Origin: Okamejei kenojei | Lineage: Eukaryota | Assembly (NCBI GenBank): GCA_035221665.1 | Contig: CM069142.1 | Location: 37,200,001 to 37,264,000 of the forward strand | Direction: 5' to 3' | Length of the DNA: 64,000 bases | Shown here: piece by piece, positions 11,721-25,888 of the stretch | How positions within the stretch are numbered: position 1 is the first letter of the stretch | Layout of the letters: every line of letters begins with the position of its first letter | Translations under genes and position numbers: made by a program | The notes under the pieces: model-generated | The model's input: the letters and a program-made list of their open reading frames with translations, nothing else | The model's database searches: none | What the model was told of the DNA's origin: nothing

Positions 11721-12359
11721 TTGATGACATAAATTTTTGCATTTCTTTCAGGGAAGTTGATTGCCTGATCACACCGGTCCTATCATCTTTGTGATTCCGA
11801 ATGGATCCTGTTTGCCTGGTTTGCAGCATATATGATTGCCCGAGAAGGCAAGTTTACACAAGATACTGCAGATGTTGGAAATCTGAAATAAATCCTGGAA
11901 AAGCTGGAAGTACTCTTCAAGCTAGGGGAGTGAAACAAATGTTTAGAATATTATGGGATATTTTTCCATTGAAATCATCAGGGTTTCTCATTCACTCACT
12001 CAGCAAGTAAACACAACAGGAATAGACAGTACCTGACACTTATCTATCTGCACTTACTTTATAGCTGTAACACTACAATCTGCAGTGTATCCTTTCTCTT
12101 TTTGCACTACCTGTCATTACTCATGTATGGTGTGATTTCTGTGGAAGGCATGTAAAACTAAGTGTTTCACGGTAGCTTAGTACTCGTAATGATAATAAAC
12201 CAAACCACCACATACAGTTCATCCTGAAGCAAGTATTTCCCGAACAATTAGCAGACATAGACCATACTCCTTATCCCTTTGAATAGAAAATAGTGGTCAA
12301 CATTATTAACAGGTGAACATATTTACACTCAGTCACATCTTTCCTGAAATGTTCTGACT

Positions 12360-13570
12360 AGTTCAAGTTCAAAATTATTTGTCACATGCACCAATGAAGG
12401 TACAGTGAAATTGAGTTACCATGCAGCCATACAATTAAAAAGAACACAGTTGTATAGGGCTCTGGTGAGACCACATCTGGAGTATTGTGTCCAGTTTTGG
12501 TCTCCTAATTTGAGGAAGGACATCCTTGTGATTGAGGCAGTGCAGCATAGGTTCACGAGATTGATCCCTGGGATGGCGGGACTGTCATATGAGGAAAGAT
12601 TGAAAAGACTAGGCTTGTATTCACTGGAGTTTAGAAGGATCAGGGGGGATCTTATAGAAACATATAAAATTATAAAATGACTGGACAAGCTAGATGCAGG
12701 AAAAATGTTCCCAATGTTGGGCGAGTCCAGAACCAGGGGCCAGTCTTAGAATAAAGGGGAAGCCATTTAAGACTGAGGTGTGAAAAAACCTTTTCACCCA
12801 GAGAGTTGTGAATTTATGGAATTACCTGCCACAGAGGGCAGTGGAGGCCAAGTCACTGGATGGATTTAAGAGAAAGTTAGACAGAGCTCTAGGGGCTAGT
12901 GGAATCAAGGGATATGGGGAGAAGGCAGGCACGGGTTATTGATTGCGACGATCAGCCATGATCACAATGAATGGCGGTGCTGGGTCAAAGGGCTGAATGG
13001 CCTCCACCTGCACCTATTTTTTCAATATTTCTATAATACACAATAGAATTTAACATAAACATCCAACACAGTGGAATCAACATTCTTCACTGTGATGGAA
13101 GGCAATAACGTTCAGTCAATCCTCCTCCTTTGTTCACCCGTGGTCGGGGCCATGAACCATCCGTAGTCGTCGCTACGGACGGCCCGATGTACAAGCCCTC
13201 TTGTCGGGATGATCGAAACTCCGACATTGAGGCGGATCGCAGCACTCCGCTTGGAGTTCCCGAATCGGCCACTTCCTTACCGGAGGCCGCGGCTTCATGA
13301 TGTTGTAGGCCGGCGGTCGGAGCACTTCTTCTGGCGGTCCCCGGCAAGGGATCGCCCTGCTCAGCAATGGTAAGTGTGCCGTGCCTGTCACTGAAGCTCT
13401 GGGCCCGGTCTCCGAGAAACGGCGCATCAAACCAGTTGTTAGGGAGGCGAAGATGCGACAAAGAGAAAAGTCGCATCTCCATCGTGGTAAGTGACTGAAA
13501 AACAGTTTCCCCCTATTCCCCCCACACTAAAACATACATCTAGACATACTAAACAGTACTAAACAGTATC
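12360..13570 (-). mobile_element. GC-rich non-autonomous retroposon, split by the CR1 at 12447-13035 and related to 46735-47551
   Basis: Shares motifs gttcacccgtggtcggggcc and gcccgatgtacaagccctct with 46945-47015. LINE-like 3' end at 12360-12445. Confidence 0.6.
12447..13035 (+). mobile_element. CR1 LINE 3' fragment nested in a GC-rich repeat
   Basis: [30 protein letters not shown] followed by a CR1 3' UTR. Confidence 0.92.
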
Positions 13571-16500
13571 TAAAGCTGTGCTCTGATGAGTTATACACAG
13601 TACATCTTTCCCACTCATCTAGTCCAAGACTCAGCCTTAATAAAGGAAAACATCCAAAATGCATTTTTGGCTCATTAGCTTATTCTGCTGGTTTTTCCAT
13701 AGCACTCAATATTTATCCATCGGTTCCAGCCCTACTGGTCTTTGACTTTCTCCAATGGAATTCTCAGCTTTGGTTCTTGTTTACCCACAGTACAAACAGC
13801 TTTTACTGACACTTTCTCTCTGTTCATAGGCGCATTGCTTTATCAGGCCACTCCACAGCAGTATAACTGCAGCGGTCCATCTTAGGGCTGAGACACAAGA
13901 CTGAACTTCATCAGCCTCTTTAAGTAGTCTCCTGCACCCACTGTTTACTTGCAATGGGACTTGTCCACTCTTGACAGAGTGGAGTTGTGCAGTCATAGAG
14001 CATAGGCAGTGGAGGCTGAAAACCTAGAATTCATGCCTAAGCTCATCACGACTTTTCAGAGGAGCAACGTCTACACATGCTGTGTCACTAAGCCTGCCGC
14101 ACTGACATCTACTACTTCCTGCTACCTGAAATACATCGCTGGATAATTTTACCTGGGGAGGCCAAGAACACAGTCACTCTCAGTTACCTAGCCTCAGGAT
14201 CATTCCAGCTTGTTGCTGCTTATCTCTGACAAAGGTCACATTCAGTAAGCTGGAAAGTGTACAGAGACTATTTACTACGATGTTGGCAAGATTCGAGGGC
14301 TTGAGCTGTAGGGAAAGATTGGGAAAGCTATGACTTTATTTGGTGGTAAGCAGGAGGCTATGGGTATATCTTATGGAGGTGTTTAATATTATGAGTGGAA
14401 TTGATAGGGCAAATGCACAGAATATGTTACCACAGTGGGGGGGATTGACAACCAGAGATCAGTTTTAATGTGAGAGGGTAAAGTCTTAATAGAAACCTGA
14501 AGGGCAACATTTTCACTCAGACGGTATTGGGTGTAAGGAATGAGCTACTAGAGGAGGTAGTTGGCAGGTAAAATAACATTTAAAAGATATTTGGACAGGC
14601 ACATGGATAGCAAAGGATTAGAGGGATATGGACCAGATGCAGGCAAATGGGACTGGTTTAGATGGGGCAACTTGGTCAGTATGCTTGAGGTGGATCAAAG
14701 AGCCTGTTTCTGTGCTGTATGACTTTAATAGGGAGGTCACCCAAACTCCTTACTCAAAAGGAGACACAATAGACGACACATTATTCGTGATTCCAACATG
14801 TGCAAAGTGCTGTAGGATCTTGGTCAGTCAGGCAGCAACTGTAGAGGAAAACAGAGTTTCAGGCTAGGATACTTGAGCCTGAAGGATCCCACACAAAACA
14901 TTGTCTTTCCATTTCTCTCCACCTATGCTGCCTGACGTTCCTCCAGCACTTTGCTTTTTGCTCCATACTCAAGGGCTTATTTTTCAGAGTAGGCAGGCTG
15001 CAGTGGTAACATTGTAGGTATTCACAGAATCTTCTGCTAGGAGCATCTGGCTGTAGCTCTGGAAGATCTCTGCGACCCTCTTTTGCACTGAACACGTTAA
15101 TGGACCTGTGTATCCTTATGCAAAAATAACTGGTATAGCAAGGAAAATATTATATTGTCCTTTTTGTAAGAGGACGAGTACAAAGGTTGCCTAGCTGCAA
15201 TTACGTTGGACTTCGCCGAGTCCCCACAGCTATGTTGTACATCACAATTGTCTGTTTACCCAGGAAAGATAAAACCACAATAATTAATTATCTGACTTCT
15301 GGAAAATCCTGACGGTTTAGCACTTGGCTCACCAGGTACCAATTTCCCCCCATCCCTGCACTCACCAGGGTCCACGGCTCCTGGTCTCCTTTTGTATTCA
15401 CATGGTTTTGATTTCCATGCTTCATGAAAATGACGAGGTTCATGAGAAAATGTATTGTTCTGCGGTGTATTAACATAGAAGTGAATTAAGTGTATTGGAG
15501 TGTTAATCGTCTGGAAAACATACATGTCTGGCACCAACAAAGCCCTGAGCATGCAGGATTAACGGAATTTGACTGTGCTTTCAAAGGAGGAAGTGCAAGG
15601 ATTCAGCAGACTGATTCCTGGGTGGAAGGAATGATCGTTAAGGGGATATTAAGCAGGCTAGATCTGCATTCCAGCTTAGAGGAATGAGATGATCTTGTTG
15701 AAACATACAAAATTCTTACATGGCTTGACAGGGTAATTGCTGGGATAATGTTTTCCCCAGATATAATGACTAGAGGCAAGGCTCAGTCTCCAACTAGAGC
15801 GTCAATCATTCAGGACGCGGAAAGCTTTCATCATAAGATGGGTATTGAAACTTTGGACTTCTCTACCCAAGAGGGATGCGAAGGTTCAGTTGCAAATTAT
15901 ATTCAAGTCAGAGTTGTGGAAACAGGCCAGTCCACCTACGGCATCCAAACCCACCAGTGGGCATTCACGAATGTTAGTCCCATATTCCAGTATTTGATCC
16001 ATAGTATTATATGCCTGTCTGATTCAAATGCTCATTGGGACATTACTTTAAAGCTGTCAGCGACTCAGTTTCCACCATTCCGGCCGGCAGCATATATTAG
16101 GTACTCACCACTCTGGGTGAAAAAGGTTCTCCTCAGATCACCTTTAAATGTCTAACTTCTAGCCTAAATCTGCCTCTGTTACAGGGAATAGTCTGTTGCA
16201 GTCTATACCCCTCATAATTTTATACAAATAAATTAAGTTGCCTCTTAATTTCTCCACTCCAGATACTAACATATCACCGAGATAGTGACACACCACCTGA
16301 GCAACATTCCAGGATTCCTCCTCAGCACTATCAGATCATTCCTATTGTTTGGTGACTAGAACTGCAGACATCTCTGCTCATGTCCAATGCTTTGATGATT
16401 GATAGCCAGTATCTCATGTCCCTTCTTGGTCACATTATCTACCAGCACTGTCACCTCCAAGGATCTTGTCCAAGAGGTTAATATCTAACAATCTATCAAA

Positions 16501-17024
16501 ATAATCAAGGAAAATGTGGCTCACACAAAAAATTGATGCCGAGGCCAAAGATTAGTCATTAATTTAGTGCATGTTGGAGCTGGTGCCAGGGATTCAATTA
16601 ATTGCTATTAAGCATCACAAAATCTGAACAATTTTATTTTACCCTCAACTTTTTTTTATTTTAGTTACAGTGGAAATGTACTGTTCTCCAAAAATCAGAG
16701 GGATTGTGATGGCTAACTGTGGAGGAAATTTTACATTTGAGGCATTAGGTAACCAGATATGGATACAAGTTGGTGTGAACAAGGGATGAGGAAGCAGGAC
16801 TTCAAAACAGTAGGTAATAATTGTAGATAAATTACAATATGGACAATGGAGAATATTGAACATTTCTGTGGTGTACAAACCATTATAATTCGGACACATT
16901 TCCTCTTTGTTGTACTTTATAAATCTTATGCAGAAGAAAATGTGGTTATGTGGCAATCAGACTGACCACAGAACCATTGAATGTCAACTACAATTTGCAC
17001 AGAAAAGCCCTGGTTATCAAGCAA

Positions 17025-17804
17025 GTCTTTGCAGAACTGATTCACTTTATTGAATGCAATAACTGGTTTTGATAATGCATATTTATAATAAATACTCCAA
17101 CTCTGGCCTATGAGGCTTAATCATCATATTGCAGAAATACTTTACAGTGTATATTTCAAGCAATTTTTCCCAAATATCTGTAACTTTGTTTTGAGTCTAA
17201 AAATACAGCAACAACATATTTGAATACAACTTATTTTGCATTAAGGTCTATTTTTCCTTTCTCATTATTGAGATTAATGAATTAATTCATTAATTGCTTT
17301 TGAAAGGTTGTCCAGGAGTTAGGAAAGTTAGTTAATAATTCGGATGCTATGCAGAGGAACAATTATGTAAAGACTGAAGGTTTGACCATTCAATGGCTTC
17401 ATAAAATGCATCCAAACAATAACTGTCATTCAATCGTGCATATGTACTCATTAATTGGAGATGTTTCAAATAGTAAGTACAAGCACTGCGTTAGAAGGAA
17501 GGTTATGGAAGCCACAGGTCAATTCAGACTTGTTTGTGCAGTTGTGCTTCAGGATCAACCAGCTGGACACACATCAGAGCTGAAATTTGGAACTGTGAAA
17601 CGCAATTTCTAAATAAGTAATAATTTAAAAAACTACCACTGCCTGCACAGCAACACCAAACAAAAAAATCCAATGAACACCAGTACACAAATCAACATTA
17701 CATGTGCACAGTATTAATACTTGGCTAAGATAGTCCCATTACGAAGACTCAAGGGGTTTAAACACAATTAGTGAACAGCACAGGAATTTTATTTAATAAA
17801 CATG
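17025..17804 (-). promoter_or_regulatory. Putative SUCLA2 3' UTR with candidate AATAAA polyadenylation signals
   Basis: AT-rich, repeat-free sequence after the stop. Minus-strand AATAAA at 17793-17788 and 17051-17046, with others near 16630-16660. The true end is unknown. Confidence 0.55.
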
Positions 17805-17879
17805 TCAAACGGGCAGCTGGAACTGGACGTCCACTTGTGCCTCCTTTGCCAGTGACATAATTTCTGAAAGCTTTACAAC
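17805..17879 (-). CDS. SUCLA2: SUCLA2 last coding exon 11 (VVKLSEIMSLAKEAQVDVQFQLPV*)
   Basis: Acceptor ttctcttgcag|GTT; TGA at 17807-17805. Matches the SUCLA2 C-terminus, which distinguishes it from SUCLG2. Confidence 0.95.
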   Translation of the reverse strand, partial: VVKLSEIMSLAKEAQVDVQFQLPV

Positions 17880-18782
17880 CTGCAAGAGAAATATGTGCAA
17901 GAGTTTACCTTGTAAACAATTTTAGGCCAATCAAACCGCCAAAGAAAATATGATCACATAAATTTAAAACATAAAAATTAAATATCAGTGCTCAACAATG
18001 ACCCTACGATGTGTCACAAGTTGGTTCATTCAATTTAGAAAGCTTCTTTTTGCTTTCCTGTATTTACTTACAATGTAGAACATCATTCAGCCCATCCAGT
18101 CTATTCTGCCTCTCAAAGCAGCACCTCAATTCATCTCCGCATTTCCCTGTAACCTATTCTCTCTCAAGACCGTAAGTAATCAATTCACCTGCTAACCAGC
18201 ACATCTCCAGCATGTGGGAAGACATTGGCGTACCAGCGAAGCTAGAGAGCATAGATTTAAGCTGGGATGGACAAAGTTTAGAGGAGACATGTGGGGCAAC
18301 TCTTTTTACACAGAGGGCAGGTGGGTGCCTGGAATGTGCTGTCAGAGGTGATGGTGGAGGCAGATACGACAGTGACATTTAAGAGACTTTTAGATAGGCA
18401 CATGAATATGCAGGAAATGGAGGGATATGGATCATGTGCAGGCAAATGAGTTTGGGTTACCTTGCTTGGCCTTGTGCCCAAGGTAACCAGTCCCCATGCT
18501 ATACCGCTCTGACCGTATGCAGCACAATATGGTTTACTGAAAGTGTTCTTGGTGTTTCATTATAACTGATATTACAGTAATAACTGTTCCTAAACAATGA
18601 ATATCCAGAATATATTAGTAGAAGAATGTACAAACTAGAAAAACTACAGAATAAGTCAACAATGGAACACAGGTTAGGCTGATCCCAAGTCAGTGAAAAT
18701 AATTGTTTATAGAACACATTCAATCCACTAATTGCTGAGATACTAGGAACGATTTATTACCCCATGGAAATTTCTTACTTAC

Positions 18783-18871
18783 CATTTTAGCAGCTTCATC
18801 CAAGTCATCGCAACCTAGGATTTTGAGACTACTGGCAGCAAGCAGTGCTTTGGCATCATCTACTTGCGTGC
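18783..18871 (-). CDS. SUCLA2: SUCLA2 exon 10 ([30 protein letters not shown])
   Basis: Lies inside ORF 18720..18908. Sites accacag|GC and ATG|gtaagt; 89 nt. Confidence 0.96.
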
Positions 18872-20016
18872 CTGTGGTGGAAGATAATGAATACTGAGCA
18901 TTGACCATAAACTCTCTCCCAAAAATAATGATTTACATTAATGTAGAGCTTTAACAATTCCAGGAGGCCCCAAAGTAGTTTTTAGTCAGCTAAGTATATC
19001 ACTGGTGGACAAGATTAAGGTAAATCCAAAGGAGTTCCAAACTACGTTAAGGACAAAAGGATTAGCAGGGAAAAAGCAGAGACCATGAAAGATAACAGAG
19101 GCAACCTACACATGGAACCAAAAGTTATAGATGAGATCCTAAATGATTGCTTTTTATTGGTATTGGGAAAAGACCACTGCAAGCCTAACATTACTATAGA
19201 GAAATTATTGAAAGATAGGATTTATGGTTGCATAGAAAGGCAAGAACTGATCAGAGATAGTCAGCATGGCTTTACCAATGGCAGATTTTCCCTAACCAAT
19301 CCAAATGAATTTTTAGAGGAGGTAAGTGTATTCTTGAGGACAGGGTACATGTTGTTTATGTGGACTTCAGTAAGGCCTGTAACAATGATTCACTTAGGAG
19401 GCTGGTCCAAAAGGTGAGAGCCCAGAAGACAATGGCATATAGGTCAAAATAGACTTGGCAATAAGAAACAAATGTGATGGTACAGGAAAATAAAATAGAG
19501 CTGGGGAGGAAGTCAGTGGGACAGGCAGCATCTGTGGAGGGAAATGAACAGCTGACATTTCAGGTCGAGACCCTTCATCTTAAAATACAGAGGGAAAGTA
19601 GCACAGTCAAAATATGTGGTGGGAAGAATGGTAAGGGGCAGAGACAGGAAGGGTGGGTTAAATTCCTATTTGGAGGTGAGGGGTGTTGAGACAGATGTTA
19701 CACATCCTATTTTTGAAGGGTAAAGTACTTGGGCAGGAGGGGTAAATGGGTGTGGAAGAATGAGCGACTGGGGAAATCATTGAGCAATCTGTATAGAAAG
19801 CTGAAAGGGGTGAGAGGAAGAGGCGACTGGCGGTGGGAACCCGATGGCAGAGGTTTTATTTAGAGATTAGATATCCGTGACTAGTGATGTTCCACAGTGA
19901 TTGGTGTAGGGCATTTGTAATATATGTGAATGATGTGGATGTAGGCAACAAGATCAGCAAATTTGCAAATGACATCAAGATCAGCAGAGCAGTTGACAGT
20001 GTGGAATGCAGTTTTA

Positions 20017-20244
20017 AGGGCCTGTCCCACTTTCACGACCTAATTCACGACCTCTGCCGAGTTTGCCCATGACTCATACTCGGGGCTTGGTCGTCACGAG
20101 GCCGTAGGAGGTCGTACGTAGGTCATGATGCTAGTTGTAGGTACTCATGGCATCAAGTAGGTCGGGGCGTTTTTCTAGCCTGATGAAAAATGTCCATGAG
20201 TAAAAAAAGGTTGCGAATTAGGTCGTGAAAGTGGAACAGGCCCT
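20017..20244. mobile_element. PIF/Harbinger-type MITE (228 bp)
   Basis: ~30-bp TIR agggcctgtcccactttcacgacctaattc / gaattaggtcgtgaaagtggaacaggccct, with TTA on both sides. Inserted in a CR1 remnant. Confidence 0.85.
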
Positions 20245-20389
20245 TTAGTCTGCAAGGGGATATTGACTTAGAAATGGGAGAATTTAAATCTGAATAAATG
20301 TGAGGTAATGCATTTTGGGAGTACTAATAAAGTCATAGTACATACACTGTTAACAGTGAGGTCTTAGAAACAGTGAGAACTTAGAAATT

Positions 20390-21200
20390 GTGTTATTGGT
20401 ATTGGTTTATTATCATTGTCACGTATACAATTACAATAAAATATCTTTAGTCTCGGAGGAAGTAGAGGCGTGCTATTTTGGCTGTAGATTCAACGTGCTT
20501 GGTGCAAGACAGATTGTTGGTAATATGTATGCCTTGGAATTTGAAGCTTTCAACCACTTCTGCATCATTGTGGCATGTACTTCACCACGTTTTCTGGTCA
20601 ATAACAAACTCCGTAGTCTTGCTGACATTGAGGGAGAGGTTGTCACCTTGGCACTCTGTTACTTAGCTCGCTTTTTCCTTACTGTACTCAATTTTGTCAT
20701 TGTTTGAGATCTGGCCCACTGGTGGTATCACCTGCAAACGTGCAGATTGAGTTAGAGCAGAATTTGGCCGCACAGTCATGAGCATATAGCGAGTACAGTA
20801 AGGGGTGAGAACTCATCCCCAAGATGAATGGTGTCAAAAATTATTATAGAGGATGTATAATCGTCTTTCTTCACTGATTGTGATCTATAGGTCAGAAAGT
20901 CGAGGATCCTGTGACCCAGTGAGGTGCTGAGTCCTAAATCCAGGAGTTTGCAGATTAATTTGGATGGGATTATGGTGTTGAGGACAGCTATAGTCAATAA
21001 ATAGGAATTTGACATAGTTGTCCTTGTTATCTACATGTTCCTGAGATGAGTGAAGAGTCAGGAAGATGGCCCTGCACTCTTTCATCCATGCAAAACGTAT
21101 TTCTGAACAGAGCAGACAGCATCTGTTGTGCATCTGTTGCAAAGCTGCAGTGGTTCAAGGCTGTCTGGATTTAACGTGTGCCGTCACCAGTCTCTCAAAG
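20390..21200 (-). mobile_element. Old Rex/Babar-type LINE fragment
   Basis: DNKDNYVKFLFIDYS and [18 protein letters not shown] remnants. Confidence 0.75.
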
Positions 21201-22405
21201 CACTTCATGAAGGACCTCTAAATCAAAGGTGTAGCCATGGGCACTCGCATGGGACCCAGCTATGCCTGCCTCTTTGTAGGGTACGTCAAACTATCCCTGA
21301 TCCAGGCATACATTGGCCCTATCCCTGAACTCAATCTCCCCTAAAATCTCCTCATGAAAGAACTTGGTGTGCAAGTCCAAGATTCTTGAAGATGACAACA
21401 CAGATAAATAACGTGGTTAAGACTGCCCTTGAGTATTGCTTTCCATTAATTGGAACACTGAATACAAGAGTAGGGAGGTTATGCTCCAAATTTATAAAAC
21501 CTGGTCAAACCTTAGTTGGAATACTGTATGCAGATCTAATCACCATTCTATAGGAAAGATGCAATAACACTGGAGAGTGTGCAGAAGCGATTCACCAGTA
21601 TATTTGCTTAGGATGGAACATTTCGCAAGACTTAAAAAATGTAGTTATGAAGAAAGATCGGAAAGGCTGCATTAGTTTTCCTCAGAACAGATGTTGAGGG
21701 AAGACGTAGCTGAAGTGTACAAAATTATAAGGGACCTATTATGAGCAAACGGAAAAGTCCAATCTCCTCCAGTTGAAGTATTTAAAAAATCTGGGGCACA
21801 GATTAAAGTATTAGAATGAATAGAGGGGAAAGAATGAAAATTGTTTCCACCAAGGGTGGTAAGGATCTGGAACACGCCTCGCGAAAGGCTGGGGAAGCAG
21901 AATTCCTCATCACATTTGAGTAGCACTTGGATGTGTGGCTGAAGATCAGTGGGGCGACACCACTGAAAGATGGGATTACGCTTGGTAGCTCTTCTTTGAT
22001 CAGACTCAGGGTCTGAAGAAGGGTCCTGACCCTAGAAGTCACTTATCTATGTTCTCCAAAGAAGCTATCCAACCAGCAAGTTACCCAGCACTGCGTCTTT
22101 TTTTCTTTGTTCTTTATGCTTTTCTTCAATGGAGTTCCATTAGGAACTTTAAAATCCATCTGAAAGAGCAAACTAGATCTCCATCTAATATCACAGCTAC
22201 TTAAAGCATGCAACATTTCCTCAGAAAGGTTATGGAACAGTACAGCACAGGAACAGGTTCTTCATCCCATGATATCTATGCTATCTGGCTAAGCCCATAT
22301 TTTGTAGGTCACAACTTTCTAACTCCTAAAGGAAAATATATAAAAATGCAGCAAAAGGGAACCCCCTGATTGTTACTCTGTTGATCCCCTCTTGTTTGTC
22401 ACATA

Positions 22406-24041
22406 CACTGCCCTCCATAATGTTTGGAACAAAGACCCATCATTTATTTATTTGCCTTTGTACTCCACAATTTGAGATGTGTAATAGAAAAAAAAAATCA
22501 CATGTGGTTAAAGTGCACATTGTCAGATTTTACTAAAGGCCATTTTTACACATTTTGGTTTCACCATGTAGAAATTACAACAGTATTTATACATAGTCCT
22601 CCGATTTCAGGGCACCGTAATGTTTGGGATAAAGCAATGTCATGTAAATGAAAGCAGTCATGTTTAGTATTTTGTTGCATGCAATGACTGCTTGAAGTCT
22701 GCGATTCATTTACATCATCAGTTGCTGGGTGTCTTCTCTGGTGATGCTCTGCCAGGCCTGTATTGCAGCCATATTTAGCTTATGCCTGTTTTGGGGGCTA
22801 GTCCCCTTTAGTTTTCCCTTTAGCTTACAAAAGGCATGCTCAATTGGGTTCAGATAGGGTGACTGACTTGGCCACTCAATAATTGACCAATTTTTAGCTT
22901 TGAAAAACTCCTTTGTTGCTTTAGCAGTATGTTTGGGATCATTGTCTTGCTGTCGAATGAACCTCCGGCCAATGAGTTTTGAGACATTTGTTTGAACTTG
23001 AGCAGATAGGATGTGTCTACACACTTCAGAATTCATTATGCCACTACCATCAGCAGTTGTATCATCAATGAAGATAAGTGAGCCAGTACCTTCAGCAGCC
23101 ATACATGCCCAGGCCATAACACCCCCACCACCGTGTTTCACACATGAGGTGGTATGCTTAGGATCTTGGGCAGTTCCTTCTCTCCTCCATACTTTGCTCT
23201 TGCCATCACTCTGATATGTTAATCTTCATCTCATCTGTCCACAAGACATTTTTCCAGAACTGTGGTTGCTCTTTTAAGTACTTATTGGCAAACTGTAACC
23301 TGGCCATCCTATTTTTGCAGCTAACCAGTGGTTTGCATCTTGCAGTGTAGCCTCTGTATTTCTGTTTATGAAGTCTTCTGTGGACAGTGGTCATTGACAA
23401 ATAGACACCTGACTCCTGAAGCGTGTTTCTGATCTGTCGGACAGGTGTTTGGGGATTTTTCTTTATTATTGGGAGAATTTTTGTCATCAGCTGTAGAGGT
23501 CTTCTTTGGCCTGTCAGTACTTTGCGATTAGTAAGCTCACCAGTACTCTCTTTCTTCTTAATGATGTTCCAAACAGTTGATTTTGGTAAGCCTAAGTTTT
23601 GGCTGATGTTTCCAACAGTTTTATTCTTGTTTCTCAGTCTCATAATGGTTTATTTGACATTAATTGGCACAACTTTGGTCCTCATGTTGATAAACAGCAT
23701 AAAAGTTTCCAAAGGTGATGGAAAGACTGGAGGAAAGAATAGGTGCTGAGAGCTCTCTTATACCTGCATTAAGAAGACAATTAAAACACCTGAGCAATTA
23801 CAAACATGTGAAGCCATGTGTCCCAAACATTATGGTGTCCTGAAATGGGAGGATTATGTATAAACACTGCTGTAATTTCTACATGGTGCAACCAAAATGT
23901 ATAAAAATACACTTTAATAAAATCTGACAATATGCACTTTAACCACATGTGATTTTTTTCTATTACAAATCTCAAATTGTGGAGGACAGAGGCAAATAAA
24001 TAAATGATGGGTCTTTGTCCCAAACATTATGGAGGGCACTG
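22406..24041 (-). mobile_element. Tc1/mariner transposon, IR-DR type, full length with frameshifted transposase
   Basis: ~225-bp TIRs with internal direct repeats (ccataatgtttgg), TA on both sides. ORFs 23206-23643 and 22710-23141 carry an HTH and WTDE / QQDNDPKH / SPYLNPIE. Confidence 0.96.
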
Positions 24042-25655
24042 TACATTAATGGTTTGGATCAGAATGCAGCTAACACCAAAGTTGCAGATGACACCAAAGC
24101 TGGTGGTGTGATGGACAATGAAGGAAGCTACAAGAAGACCAAGATCATCTGGAAATGCGAGGCAAGGTGGATGTTGATGGAGTTTTGCTCAAGTGTGAAG
24201 TGATGCATTTTGGGAAGTTAAACCAGGCCAGGACATAGTGAATAGCAGAGGCTTGGGGCATGTTGCTGAACAGACATATTTAAGAGTATAAGTACATAGT
24301 TCCTATAATGTGGCAACACAAGTATACACAAATGAGGTGGTGAGAGCAGCACTTAGCACGCTTGCCCTTATCAGTCGTAGCATTGGGTACAAGAGCTGGG
24401 ATGTCATGTAATCATGTTACTGTTGTGCAAAACCTGTGTTAAGCCACCAAATTGTCTGCAGTATTGTCTGCAGTTCTGGTTGCCCAGCTATAGGAAGGAT
24501 GTAATTAGGCAAGAGAAGGTGCAAAAAAGATTAACAAGGATGTTACCAGTACTGGAGGGCTCGAGTTATGAGACTGGAAAGGGTAAGACTGTTTACCCTG
24601 AAACAAAGGAGGTTTGATGGGTGAGGATAGACCTTTAGAAAATCATGAGGAGCATAGATGGATAATTCTTTTCCCGACAGTAGGGGAGCCTAAAACTAGA
24701 GGACATAGGTTTAAGGTGAGAGAGGAGAGATTTAAAACTAAATACTTTCACTCATAGGGGGTGGGTATATGGATAAAGCCGCCTGAGAAAATGGTGGAGA
24801 CAGATACAATTACAACATTGAAAATACATTTGGAGAATACATCGATAGAGGCTTGGAGGAATGTGCCAAATGCAATCAAATGGGTCCAGCTTAGATAGGC
24901 GTCTTGATTGGCAGGAATTAATTGGGCTGAAGTTTCCTGTTGAATAACTATGACTCAAATTGAGATTTTTTCATGAGATACTGACAGTAGAAACCATACA
25001 ATTGTCAGCCGTGGGAATAAGTTCTCCATACCAATCTTAAGCACCTGTGCAAGGTCAGTGAGAAGCCATCAGTCAATGTGTACACCAACATTCAACTGAC
25101 CAGGTCAGCACATGAAAAATACATGATCACTTGAACAAAGGGAGGCTGGGGACCAGGAATTCAAATTAACTCAGTCAGTTTTAGAACATTTACTGAAGCT
25201 CGTTACTAAAGCCCATTAGGAAGTGAACTAACAATCTCTAGCACTATTGATTGTTTTGGAGGAAGTGCGGATGGAGGGAGTAGAATGAGGGATAAAAGAG
25301 AGAATTCATTCATATAGGAAACATTTAAGATTATATAGAAACAATGGAGTTAATGTGGGAAGTGGAGAGGGAAAAATGTTACAGTATTTTAAAATTGCTC
25401 TGATAAATGAAGGGATTAATAAATTTAGAGGAAATTTTAAATAAGCAACTCAAGTTCTACATTGTTGCTCAAGTAAAATCTAGATTGTTAATTGTCTTAC
25501 AGCTTTTCAAAAGAAAATTGCCAGAAAAGTTATCACAGAATAAGTTTCCAGCAGAACATTAACTTTTTTGCAAGATTCATATTAAACAAATGCACACCAA
25601 CAGACAGCTGCAACAGTCCAGATTTGGCCCTGAATCATGCCATGCTTTATAAATA

Positions 25656-25888
25656 GGGGGTACACAAAAGGCTGGAGAAACTCAGCGGGTGCAGCAGCAT
25701 CTAAGGAGCGAAGGAGATAGGCGACGTTTCGGGTCGAGATCCTTCTTCAGACTGAAGAAGGGTCTGAAGAAGGGTCTCGACCCGAAACGTCGCCTATCTC
25801 CTTCGCTCCTTAGATGCTGCTGCACCCGCTGAGTTTCTCCAGCCTTTTGTGTACCCTCGATTCTCCAGCATCTGCAGTTCCTTCTTTA
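25656..25888. mobile_element. Palindromic Penelope-pLTR-derived mini-element with two opposed hammerhead cores
   Basis: ~95-bp near-perfect inverted arms; perfect 14-bp TSD atgctttataaata at 25642-25655 and 25889-25902. Confidence 0.9.
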
